This document shows positions 1-8,496 of a stretch of DNA of 64,000 nucleotides, in pieces (position 1 is the stretch's first letter; every line of letters starts with the position of its first letter). The notes beneath the pieces were generated by a model, which saw only the letters and a program-made list of their open reading frames with translations, did not search any database and was not told where the DNA came from. The translations under genes and the position numbers were made by a program. This DNA is from Verrucomicrobiota bacterium (GTDB lineage: Bacteria > Verrucomicrobiota > Verrucomicrobiia > Opitutales > Seribacteraceae), in assembly GCA_027622665.1 (NCBI GenBank), contig JAQBYT010000002.1, forward strand, positions 96,001-160,000, read 5' to 3'.

Positions 1-2
1 AA

Positions 3-767
3 GCCGAAGCGAAAAAATTGAAGGAAGAGGCGAAGAAAGATGCCGCATTGGATGCTGTTCAGAAACTAGCCCAGCAACTTCTTGCCGAGCAAAAGAAACT
101 GGCTGCATTGACAGAGGAGGCGACTCCCGAACAAGTGCCGCAGCAGGCCCCCGAGCAATCCGCTTTGGCTCAGAAGGCTCAGGAAGCTGCCGCACAAGTT
201 CCCTCTGAGGCCAGTCCCGATCTCGCGAAAGCCTCCGAGGCGATGAAAGCCGCCGCCGAGGCGATGAAGCAGGGAGACAAGGAGCAGGCCAAATCAGAGC
301 AAGCGAAGGCAGCGGAGGCTCTAAAGAGCGCCGCTCAAAAAGCCGCCAGCGCGAAGAGCAAGAAAAGCAAGAGCGCGAAGAGCAAGCCCGGTGAAAATAA
401 GGATGAGGGCAAGCGAGGCGGTAAACAGAAGGGCAAAGGGAAGAGCAAAGGCGCCAAGGGAGATGGCAAGGACGGCGACGGCGAGGGCGAAGGAGGAAGT
501 CCCAAACCAGGGTCGCCGGCTCCTCCGACTCCGCCGAAGCTGGCCCCCGTAAAGCTAACTGGAAAGAACATAGACGCGAAGGGACAGGAACGATATTTCG
601 CCAAGGCCGAAGCGTCGGGGGACAGATCCGACGATACCACCTCGGACTGGAAGGTGCTCGGCGAACGTGAACAGGATGAAATGACAGAACGCTACATTCA
701 GAAACTACCCGTCGAGTATCGCGCCTTGCTCAAGGATTACTACCAAGCCATCGCCACGGACGAGTAA
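3..767 (+). CDS. 3' end of a large coiled-coil/low-complexity protein (DUF4175-like, as in PVC MoxR/vWA-type operons); 5'-truncated by the window
   Basis: Frame is open from base 3. Ala/Glu/Gln/Lys helical region, Lys/Gly-rich linker, and C-terminal W..LGERE...LPVEYRALLKDYYQAIA motif. Confidence 0.65.
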   Translation, partial: AEAKKLKEEAKKDAALDAVQKLAQQLLAEQKKLAALTEEATPEQVPQQAPEQSALAQKAQEAAAQVPSEASPDLAKASEAMKAAAEAMKQGDKEQAKSEQAKAAEALKSAAQKAASAKSKKSKSAKSKPGENKDEGKRGGKQKGKGKSKGAKGDGKDGDGEGEGGSPKPGSPAPPTPPKLAPVKLTGKNIDAKGQERYFAKAEASGDRSDDTTSDWKVLGEREQDEMTERYIQKLPVEYRALLKDYYQAIATDE

Positions 768-801
768 GTCACGATATCCACGGACTTTTATCAAGAAAAC
801 C

Positions 802-1782
802 ATGACAATTTCCCGTTGTATGATTGGTGTCGCTCTCTTCATCGTCGCAATATTTGGGCAGGAACGTCGTGCCAATGGCGCGGGGGTAGTCTCCGATCTC
901 ACTCCCGAGGCCGAGAAGGCGATTGAGGCGGGGTTGAAGTATCTCGTGGCAACGCAGAAACCGGACGGCAGCTGGGGGGATGGTAACAAGGTCGCCTATA
1001 CTTCGTTGTCCCTTATGGCCTTCATGGTCAAAGGCGACATGCCGGAGCAGCCGCCGTATGGCGACGCTATGTTCAGAGGGTTGGATTACCTGCTCAACAA
1101 GTCGAAGGATGGCCGTGGTTACATGGGTTCCAGCATGTACGAGCATGGGTTTGCGACGCTGGCATTTTCAGAAGTTTGGGGCTCTACCAGTCGGGGCAAG
1201 CAAGTCCGTGAAGCACTCAAGAAAGCGGTCGATATTATAATTCGCTCTCAAGGTGGCAACGGCGCGTGGAACTACGGTCCAAGCCCAGCAACTCACGGCG
1301 GCGACATATCGGTGAGCGTCGCGCAGTGCGTCGCGCTCGCATCAGCCAAAGAGGCCGGAATATTTGTGCCGACGGAGATCATCGACAAGGCGGTAAAATT
1401 CATAAGTGGGTGTCAGGAAAAGAGCAGCGGCGGGTTCGGATATAAGGGGGCCGGCCTCCCCGGTTACGCGAGGACGGCGGCAGGAGTGACCTCCCTTGTG
1501 CTGTGCGGGCGACGCGATCATCCGGGGATCAAACCCGGTTTGAAGTGGATGCAAGACCACTCGTCTGAAGAAAAGTGGTATGAATACGGTCGATACTATG
1601 CGACGATTGCCATGCTTCAGGCGGGGGACGATTACTATAATACATATTACTCGGAGGTTCGTGAAAAGATAGTGAATTCACAAAAAGGAGACGGTAGTTG
1701 GAATTCATCGGAATGTAGAATTCAGATGAATATTCTGATCCTCGGCGCGCCGTATCGATTTATTCCTATTTATCAAAGATAG
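802..1782 (+). CDS. Secreted prenyltransferase/squalene oxidase repeat protein ((alpha/alpha) barrel), paralog 1
   Basis: Signal peptide; QKPDGSW, QGGNGAW and QKGDGSW QW-type repeats; MYEHGFATLA; GDISVS; C-terminal PIYQR. Confidence 0.85.
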   Translation: MTISRCMIGVALFIVAIFGQERRANGAGVVSDLTPEAEKAIEAGLKYLVATQKPDGSWGDGNKVAYTSLSLMAFMVKGDMPEQPPYGDAMFRGLDYLLNKSKDGRGYMGSSMYEHGFATLAFSEVWGSTSRGKQVREALKKAVDIIIRSQGGNGAWNYGPSPATHGGDISVSVAQCVALASAKEAGIFVPTEIIDKAVKFISGCQEKSSGGFGYKGAGLPGYARTAAGVTSLVLCGRRDHPGIKPGLKWMQDHSSEEKWYEYGRYYATIAMLQAGDDYYNTYYSEVREKIVNSQKGDGSWNSSECRIQMNILILGAPYRFIPIYQR

Positions 1783-1787
1783 CTCAC

Positions 1788-4007
1788 ATGTTTGCTTGGC
1801 ATCAAACGATACAAACGGCTTTTTCGGCCTTATTTGTCTTATGCCTCCCTCTTGAAGTATATACCCAAGAGGAAGCGGTCGCACCCCGGTTTGGCCATGA
1901 GTTTCCTCCGATGTTCGCGCTTAAACAGGATTGGCTGGATTTCCACCGCCAGCCATTGCCGATCAAGCCAATTCAAGCACTACTCGATAAAGACGCCGAT
2001 GGCAGTCACGTCGTATCGCAGAGTGACATCAGTCACTCATCAGTATGGATTGCGGTCGATCGCTGGCTCAAGCAGCACCCCGATATCCTTGCTGCTCTGC
2101 GAGCGGCGCAGAATAGAGACGCGCCGGCCAAGTTGTTTGGAGCAAAACGATCGGGTGATCCGGCGCGTTTGATGGCGGTCTGTCGTTCATATCCCTGGGC
2201 TCAGGTTGTCCATGAGTCGCTCATCGAGACTGCTGAGCATTTGCTCCGCGATGGCGACGCGCAACTGGCTTTGCGGTGTTTTGATGACGTACTGAAGCGG
2301 AGCGAAGACACGGCGCTGCACGGGCGTGCTCAAGTCGGTGTATGGCTGGCGATGGCGCACGCGGCTGAATCCATCGGCGATATTGCAGCAATGTTTCGCG
2401 AAGTCGACTCCGCCGCAAAATATCCATGGTTTGGCAAGCAGTTAGCATCCAAAGAGATCCAAGCGAAGCTCACCTCGGGGATGAAACCGGTACCGACATT
2501 CCCGGCGCTGGATGCACTGAGCATCCGTACGATTCAACTTCCTGATGATCCGCCGTGGATGGGTTGGGCCGGGTACTTGAACCCAGTGAATCACGCGTTG
2601 GTCTATCGAAATAAGGTGCGACCCGTCGTTACTGGCCGGGGCACGGTCGTGGCGGGCCCATGCTTGCTGGCTTGGTATGGCGGCGACGCGCTGGACAAAC
2701 CGGCGTGGAGCAAAATCGCCACGATGGATATGCATCACAATCGGGGCGGCGTTCCTCCGAAGCCGCCGTTCGATCCACTGGTGGTCGGCGGGCGAATTAT
2801 CGTCCGTTGTGGCAAAGATCTTGCACCGGCGGATAAGAAGAGGACTAACTTCATCCGGATGAATCATCATGCGGCGCTGAACCTCGATTTCTTGGAGTAC
2901 ATCGACGCCTTCGATCTCCATACGGGGCAGAGGATTTGGTCGACCAAAGACGCCGCGGGTTGGAGGAATTTGTTTCCCGTAAACGCACCGATCTACCACG
3001 ACGGGCGTCTCTACTCGCTCGCGATGCTGAGGAAAGCCGTAAAAATCCATGGTTGGAATGACGGCGGGCAAATCCTGATCGGAGGCAGATCGCCGATTTT
3101 CCTCATCATCTCCGACGCCGAAACGGGCAGTGTCCTGCGACAGCGGGAACTGTTTGCCTATCACGCGAAATTCAAGGCCTACAACCCGTCGCCCGAAAAA
3201 ACCAAAGCCGAGCCGCTACCAGTAAAAAAACTGAACCTTGCGGCGGATGCGAGCCAGCGAGCGCCAGTCGTCCACCACACCCAACTAAGTGTGTATGGCG
3301 ATCGACTGACGATGCAGGACGGTGCCGTTTATGTTTCGACGGGCATGGGCGGTGTCGCTCGCTGCGACGCGCGGGACGGATTGATCGAGTGGGTCAGCAC
3401 CTATCCGCAACTCAGCCTGCACTTGCACGACACCGCGGCCATCTGTCATCGGCACGGGCTGCCACCGCTGGTCAGCGATCGGGTGGTCGTGATCTCGCCT
3501 CGTGACAGCGTGGCCATCTTTGCGCTCGATCGCGAAACCGGCGACACGCTGTGGCAGAAAACGCAGATTGAAGATGTAGCGGACGGGGATCCTCCGACTG
3601 CTAGCGAGAAGCCGGTCGCAACGCCAGAAGACGGGCAATTGCTAGATGGTTCACTGGAAGTATTAGGGCTGTTTGGTGATTCGGCGCTGGTGATGTTCGA
3701 TCGCCAAATCGCCGCGCTCGAGGCGGCGACCGGAAAAGTGCGTTGGACGCGAGAGTTGACCGCCCCAGTCGAACGACCGATCAAGGTTGACGGAACAAGT
3801 ATCTACCTCGCCACCGCCTTTGACCTGTTGATGCTCGACGGGGCGACCGGCAGGACATTGCAGGCACGAGCGCTTGCTCCGCTTCGTGCAGACAGTGGTT
3901 TTGTCTTCGATGACAAGGGGTTGGTCATCGTCAAGCCTGGCAAGCATGGCATAACCGCCTACGTTGACTTTATGACCGGGCAAGATCCGTTCGCGAAACC
4001 GAAGTAA
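1788..4007 (+). CDS. Secreted PQQ-binding-like (BamB-type) beta-propeller protein with N-terminal helical/TPR-like region, paralog 1
   Basis: Repeats AFDLHTGQRIW, ALDRETGDTLW, ALEAATGKVRW, CDARDGLIEW; signal peptide. Confidence 0.8.
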   Translation: MFAWHQTIQTAFSALFVLCLPLEVYTQEEAVAPRFGHEFPPMFALKQDWLDFHRQPLPIKPIQALLDKDADGSHVVSQSDISHSSVWIAVDRWLKQHPDILAALRAAQNRDAPAKLFGAKRSGDPARLMAVCRSYPWAQVVHESLIETAEHLLRDGDAQLALRCFDDVLKRSEDTALHGRAQVGVWLAMAHAAESIGDIAAMFREVDSAAKYPWFGKQLASKEIQAKLTSGMKPVPTFPALDALSIRTIQLPDDPPWMGWAGYLNPVNHALVYRNKVRPVVTGRGTVVAGPCLLAWYGGDALDKPAWSKIATMDMHHNRGGVPPKPPFDPLVVGGRIIVRCGKDLAPADKKRTNFIRMNHHAALNLDFLEYIDAFDLHTGQRIWSTKDAAGWRNLFPVNAPIYHDGRLYSLAMLRKAVKIHGWNDGGQILIGGRSPIFLIISDAETGSVLRQRELFAYHAKFKAYNPSPEKTKAEPLPVKKLNLAADASQRAPVVHHTQLSVYGDRLTMQDGAVYVSTGMGGVARCDARDGLIEWVSTYPQLSLHLHDTAAICHRHGLPPLVSDRVVVISPRDSVAIFALDRETGDTLWQKTQIEDVADGDPPTASEKPVATPEDGQLLDGSLEVLGLFGDSALVMFDRQIAALEAATGKVRWTRELTAPVERPIKVDGTSIYLATAFDLLMLDGATGRTLQARALAPLRADSGFVFDDKGLVIVKPGKHGITAYVDFMTGQDPFAKPK

Positions 4008-4013
4008 AGTGAT

Positions 4014-6125
4014 TTGAAGATCATGAGAACGATTTTCCCAGCCTTCATCGCCTTCATGTTGTCGACGGGTATTTCGCCGGCGGTACTGGCAGAGGAATCC
4101 TTTGCGGCGCTTCGATTGGAGTTCGATTCGCATTGCATCAAATGTCACGGCAAGGCTGGCAAGGTTAAGGGCAAGGTCGACCTGCTGGCGCTGAAGTCGG
4201 ACAATGACCTTCTGTCGAAACCAGAGCTTCTTGAGAAGCTGCTCACGGTGTTGAAGGATCACGAGATGCCGCCTGAGGACGAGGCTCCACTGCCGGAGGC
4301 CACGCGGATGCAGATGGTTGTGCCGCTCCAGATGATGCTTCGCGAGGCTCTGAAAAACCAGCCGTTCGAGCCCACGCAGATCCGACGAATGAACCGCTTT
4401 CAGTACAACAATGCGGTGGTCGATCTCCTCGAGCTGGACCGCGATATCTTCCGGCTGAACGAGCGGCTCATGCGTCGGCGGGATGATTACTTCCGTCCGG
4501 AAACCAAAAAGATGCCCGATCAGATAAAAGTCTCCAGTCGTCCGCTCAGCAAGGACATCGACAATCAGCGGCCCGAAGGATTCAAAGGCGTTGCGTCGTT
4601 TCCACAGGACAAGCGCTCCGAGCACGGTTTCGACAATCGCGCGGATCACCTGTCACTTTCGCCGCTGTTGATGGAGTCGTTTCTCAAGCTCAGCCAGACC
4701 ATCGTGGAGAGTCCTGACCTCAATCCCAAAGAATGCCGAAGCTGGAAGTGGCTGTTCGCACCGCCAGATCTATCGGCTGTCGGCCCGGCCATTGACACTG
4801 AGAAAACCGCCATGCGCTCTAGGCTCAAGAAACTGCTCCGACGGGGGTTTCGACGCCCGGTCGATCCCGAAACATTCGATCGTTTTGCAAAGTTCGCTGA
4901 AGATCAGCTCGCCTCTGGAGCTTCGTTCGAGCAGATGATGCGCACCATGGTCGGAGCGGTTCTCGGGATGCCGGACTTCCTCTATATCTACGAAACACCA
5001 GACCAAGAGAGTTCAGGCATCAAAGACCAAGGTCGTCAGCGTATCAATGATTTCGAGCTGGCCGCGCGGCTGGCCCAATTTTTCTGGAGCAGTATCCCTG
5101 ATGATGCGTTGCTCGACCTTGCTGAGTCGGGCAAGCTGAGCGCTCCAACGACGCTCAGCGCGCAGATCGACCGGATGTTGAATGATCGGCGGTCGAGTCG
5201 GTTTTGTGACAACTTCCCTGCACAATGGTTGCAGCTGGAGCGACTGATTACGTCGGTTCCGGATCCGAAGAAGTTTGCGTACTTCTATCACGGTGATGGA
5301 TACCGCGCCAGCATGCACATGATGGCGGAGCCGTTGCTCCTGTTCGAGACCTTGTACATCGAGGATCGGTCCGTGATGGAACTGCTGGATCCGAAATTCA
5401 CATGGGAGAGCAACATGCTCCATGCAAACTATGCGGGTAAGGCGGGAGCCCACGACCTTTCGGTGCAGGTTTTCAAGCGCGTTCCATTGACCGACCCGCG
5501 TCGGGGCGGCGTGATTACCAGCGCTGCCGTCATGACTATGACCGCGACTCCGACTCGCACCCAGCCGATCACCCGGGGCGCTTGGGTCAACGCGGTGATC
5601 TTCAACGATCCGCCCGAGCCAGCTCCGGCCGATGTTCCGCCGCTGCCTGAAGCCAGCGAGGAGGAACTGTCAAAACTTACCATTCGCGAGCGCTTGGCCG
5701 TCCACCGCAATCGCGAAGATTGCGCCGGCTGCCACAACAAAATTGATCCCTTTGGCTTTGCCTTGGAAAACTTCGGGCCGACCGGCGTGTGGCGCGATAA
5801 GTACGAGAACGGGCGTAAGGTGGATGTCCGCGGGGTGCTCTTCAATCAGCATGAATTTGAGACGTTTGTTGAGTTTAAGCAGCTGATCTTGGAAGAGAAA
5901 CAACGGTTCATTCGCGGATTCACGGCACACCTCCTGTCCTACGCGCTGGGCAGGGAACTCGGCCAAGCAGATTCGCCCACGCTGGATGACATAACTACGG
6001 AGGCGATGGCAGGTGGGGATCAGATGCGAGCCGTGCTCAAAAATATCGCGATGAGTGAGCCGTTTCTTCACAAGAACACCCTCACGCGGGCTACACTTGA
6101 GAAGAAAGTACACCCCGGAAATTGA
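4014..6125 (+). CDS. DUF1592-family (DUF1587/1595/1592/1588/1585) c-type cytochrome-containing protein; start may be ATG 4023
   Basis: CIKCH and CAGCH heme motifs, RRMNRFQYNNAV, FELAARLAQFFWSSIPDD, RGGVIT, HLLSYALGR. Confidence 0.9.
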   Translation: MKIMRTIFPAFIAFMLSTGISPAVLAEESFAALRLEFDSHCIKCHGKAGKVKGKVDLLALKSDNDLLSKPELLEKLLTVLKDHEMPPEDEAPLPEATRMQMVVPLQMMLREALKNQPFEPTQIRRMNRFQYNNAVVDLLELDRDIFRLNERLMRRRDDYFRPETKKMPDQIKVSSRPLSKDIDNQRPEGFKGVASFPQDKRSEHGFDNRADHLSLSPLLMESFLKLSQTIVESPDLNPKECRSWKWLFAPPDLSAVGPAIDTEKTAMRSRLKKLLRRGFRRPVDPETFDRFAKFAEDQLASGASFEQMMRTMVGAVLGMPDFLYIYETPDQESSGIKDQGRQRINDFELAARLAQFFWSSIPDDALLDLAESGKLSAPTTLSAQIDRMLNDRRSSRFCDNFPAQWLQLERLITSVPDPKKFAYFYHGDGYRASMHMMAEPLLLFETLYIEDRSVMELLDPKFTWESNMLHANYAGKAGAHDLSVQVFKRVPLTDPRRGGVITSAAVMTMTATPTRTQPITRGAWVNAVIFNDPPEPAPADVPPLPEASEEELSKLTIRERLAVHRNREDCAGCHNKIDPFGFALENFGPTGVWRDKYENGRKVDVRGVLFNQHEFETFVEFKQLILEEKQRFIRGFTAHLLSYALGRELGQADSPTLDDITTEAMAGGDQMRAVLKNIAMSEPFLHKNTLTRATLEKKVHPGN

Positions 6126-6211
6126 AACTTCGGCGCGCCAGGGAGATTTCACACCTCGGCAAGCTCACCCTTCACATGCTACGCTAAGATGAATCAACCA
6201 AGGACAACAAG

Positions 6212-7582
6212 ATGAGCCACCACCAAGACCGACTCCCCTCTGTTTCACGCCGCAGCTTTCTAACCTGTGCTGGCGGCGCGGCACTCGGTCTGCCGTGGCT
6301 TGAAAGCTTTGCCAGTGCCAAGGATCAAAAAACAGGGGTTCCGGCACAGCGCTTGGCCTTTTTCTACCTGCCCAATGGCATTACGCGTCGTGGCTTCTTC
6401 CCCGGCGAAACCGACCGACCGTTACCGCCGTTCGCGGGCCAGAACAACGTCTGGCGCTTCGAAGGCAAGACCGTCCCGGCGGGCAAGCATCCCCTGACGC
6501 TCACATCGACTTTGGCGCCACTTCACAAGATGCGGAACAAAATCTCGCTGATCACCGGCATGGACCGCACCTTTCAGCACGGTACCGACTCGCATGCGCA
6601 ATGTGCGTCCTGCTTCCTCACCAGTGTTGCGCCGTACGAGGTCAAGGGCTCGGCCTATCCGCTTACCCGTACACTGGACCACATCGCAGCCGACAGCATC
6701 GGGCAGTCGACCCCTTACTCGACACTCGAACTGAGTTGCAACGACCACAAGAACAACATCGAGTCGATCTACTTCGACAACATGTCTTGGTACGGCACCG
6801 GTCACGTAGCGCCGTCCATGAGAGACCCGCGAAAAGTCTACGACCGGTTGTTCGGCACGCAAGCGAACACGCGTTTTCGTAACATCACCGATCTCGCCCT
6901 CGGTAACGCCCGCCAGATGCAAAAACGCTTGAGCCTCGATGACCGGCGAAAATTCGACGAATACCTAGACTCGGTCCGAACCATCGAAACGCGAATGGAC
7001 CGCATCGAAAAAATGAAATCCGACTTGGCTGCCGCAGACGTCAAGCGTCCGGCTGAGCATTTGCCACGCAATGAGTATATCCATCTGATGGGTGACCTGT
7101 TAGTGACTGCGTTGCAGAATGGCCTGACCAACGTAGGCACTCTGATGGTGGGTCCCGAGCGTTGGACGACGGCCACCAACTGGGAGGGCATCCTAGACAA
7201 GCCGTACAGTCATCACGCCATGACCCACGCCATAGGTAAACATATGGAACAACTCCTCAAGCTGGACCGCTTCCACGTCTCTGCGTTCGCGCGGTTACTC
7301 GAGCGGATGGACGGCATCGAGGAAGCCAACGGGACAACGCTGCTCGACAATACTATCTTCACCCTCGGGGCCGGGATGGGCGATGGTAGCACGCATCAGT
7401 ACAACGACTTGCCGCTGGTCGTCGCCGGTGGCGGGGGCGGCACGCTTAAACTGGGTAGCCATATCCACTGTGAGAGAGAGACTCCTCTCGCCAATCTCTG
7501 GTTGACCCAGTTGCATGCGTTGGGCATTGAGCGTGAAAAATATGCTGACAGTACCGGGACGCTCAAAAACATCCTTGCTTAG
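6212..7582 (+). CDS. DUF1552 family protein (Tat-exported)
   Basis: SRRSFL Tat motif, LGLPWLES, YLPNG, TLLDNT, GSTHQYNDLPLVVAGG, PLANLWLT; follows the DUF1592 gene. Confidence 0.9.
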   Translation: MSHHQDRLPSVSRRSFLTCAGGAALGLPWLESFASAKDQKTGVPAQRLAFFYLPNGITRRGFFPGETDRPLPPFAGQNNVWRFEGKTVPAGKHPLTLTSTLAPLHKMRNKISLITGMDRTFQHGTDSHAQCASCFLTSVAPYEVKGSAYPLTRTLDHIAADSIGQSTPYSTLELSCNDHKNNIESIYFDNMSWYGTGHVAPSMRDPRKVYDRLFGTQANTRFRNITDLALGNARQMQKRLSLDDRRKFDEYLDSVRTIETRMDRIEKMKSDLAAADVKRPAEHLPRNEYIHLMGDLLVTALQNGLTNVGTLMVGPERWTTATNWEGILDKPYSHHAMTHAIGKHMEQLLKLDRFHVSAFARLLERMDGIEEANGTTLLDNTIFTLGAGMGDGSTHQYNDLPLVVAGGGGGTLKLGSHIHCERETPLANLWLTQLHALGIEREKYADSTGTLKNILA

Positions 7583-7587
7583 AGTTT

Positions 7588-8481
7588 ATGAAACGACTTT
7601 CCACATCCTACTCGAACGCTGCGTCATGCACGATGAATAACTTGCTGATACCCACGCTATTGATCCTTATTTCCGCCGAGGCCGTTTACACCGCCGAACC
7701 GGCTAAGGAAATCACAATCGACTTGGGCGGCGCGAAATTGGAAATGGTGTTAATTCCGGTCGGTTCCTTTACGATGGGGGCAGTGCGGGGCGATCGGGAC
7801 GAGTATCCACCGCACAAGGTGAACATCACCAAGCCCTTTTATATGTCCAAGTATGAATTGAGGCAGGATCAGTGGTCGGTGGTCATGGATGGCCCTGCAC
7901 CGGGGAAATTCAAGAACGCGAAAAACCCCGTTGAGTCCGTGGATCGAAAGCAGACGGCGGATTTCCTAAAGAAGTTGAACGAGAAGTTGGGCGGCAAGCC
8001 ATTTATTGGGCGAGGTCCTCTTGATCTTAAGGATCTTCCTCGGACGCTGGGAACCTATTATTTACCATCCGAAGCTGAGTGGGAATATGCGTGCCGTGCG
8101 GGTAGCGCTACTCGGTATTGTTTTGGTGATGACGCGAAATCCTTGGGGGAATATGCTTGGTTTTACGGAAATTCCACAGGCAAGGCTCAGCCCGTGGGCA
8201 CGAAGAAGCCTAACGCGTGGGGGCTCCACGACATGCATGGAAACGTTTGGGAACTTTGTCGTGATGAGTACTTTGCAGATTACTACACAATTTCTCCCAC
8301 GGATAACCCTCAGGGTATGTTTACAACGCATCGACACGTCACCGTCGTTCGCGGGGGCGGTTGGAGTTACTCTGCTAAAAGTAGTCGATCTGCGGAGCGG
8401 GGTTATCTTGATATGGCTCATCATAGGGAGCGCAGTGATGCCCTCGGACTGCGCATTGCGCGAACAGTCGAGGAAAAATAG
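7588..8481 (+). CDS. FGE-sulfatase (SUMF1-like, C-type lectin fold) domain protein; alternative start 7633
   Basis: LPSEAEWEYACRAG, KPNAWGLHDMHGNVWE, RGGGW, LGLRIAR. Confidence 0.9.
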   Translation: MKRLSTSYSNAASCTMNNLLIPTLLILISAEAVYTAEPAKEITIDLGGAKLEMVLIPVGSFTMGAVRGDRDEYPPHKVNITKPFYMSKYELRQDQWSVVMDGPAPGKFKNAKNPVESVDRKQTADFLKKLNEKLGGKPFIGRGPLDLKDLPRTLGTYYLPSEAEWEYACRAGSATRYCFGDDAKSLGEYAWFYGNSTGKAQPVGTKKPNAWGLHDMHGNVWELCRDEYFADYYTISPTDNPQGMFTTHRHVTVVRGGGWSYSAKSSRSAERGYLDMAHHRERSDALGLRIARTVEEK

Positions 8482-8496
8482 AAGACTGGAGAATCT

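Noticed and set aside
802..1782. Terpene or hopanoid biosynthetic cluster
   Set aside because: The barrels are short, exported and lack DxDD; there are no isoprenoid pathway genes nearby.
8341..8481. FGE/C-type-lectin C-terminus as a diversity-generating retroelement target
   Set aside because: I saw no template repeat differing at adenines and no reverse transcriptase in the window.
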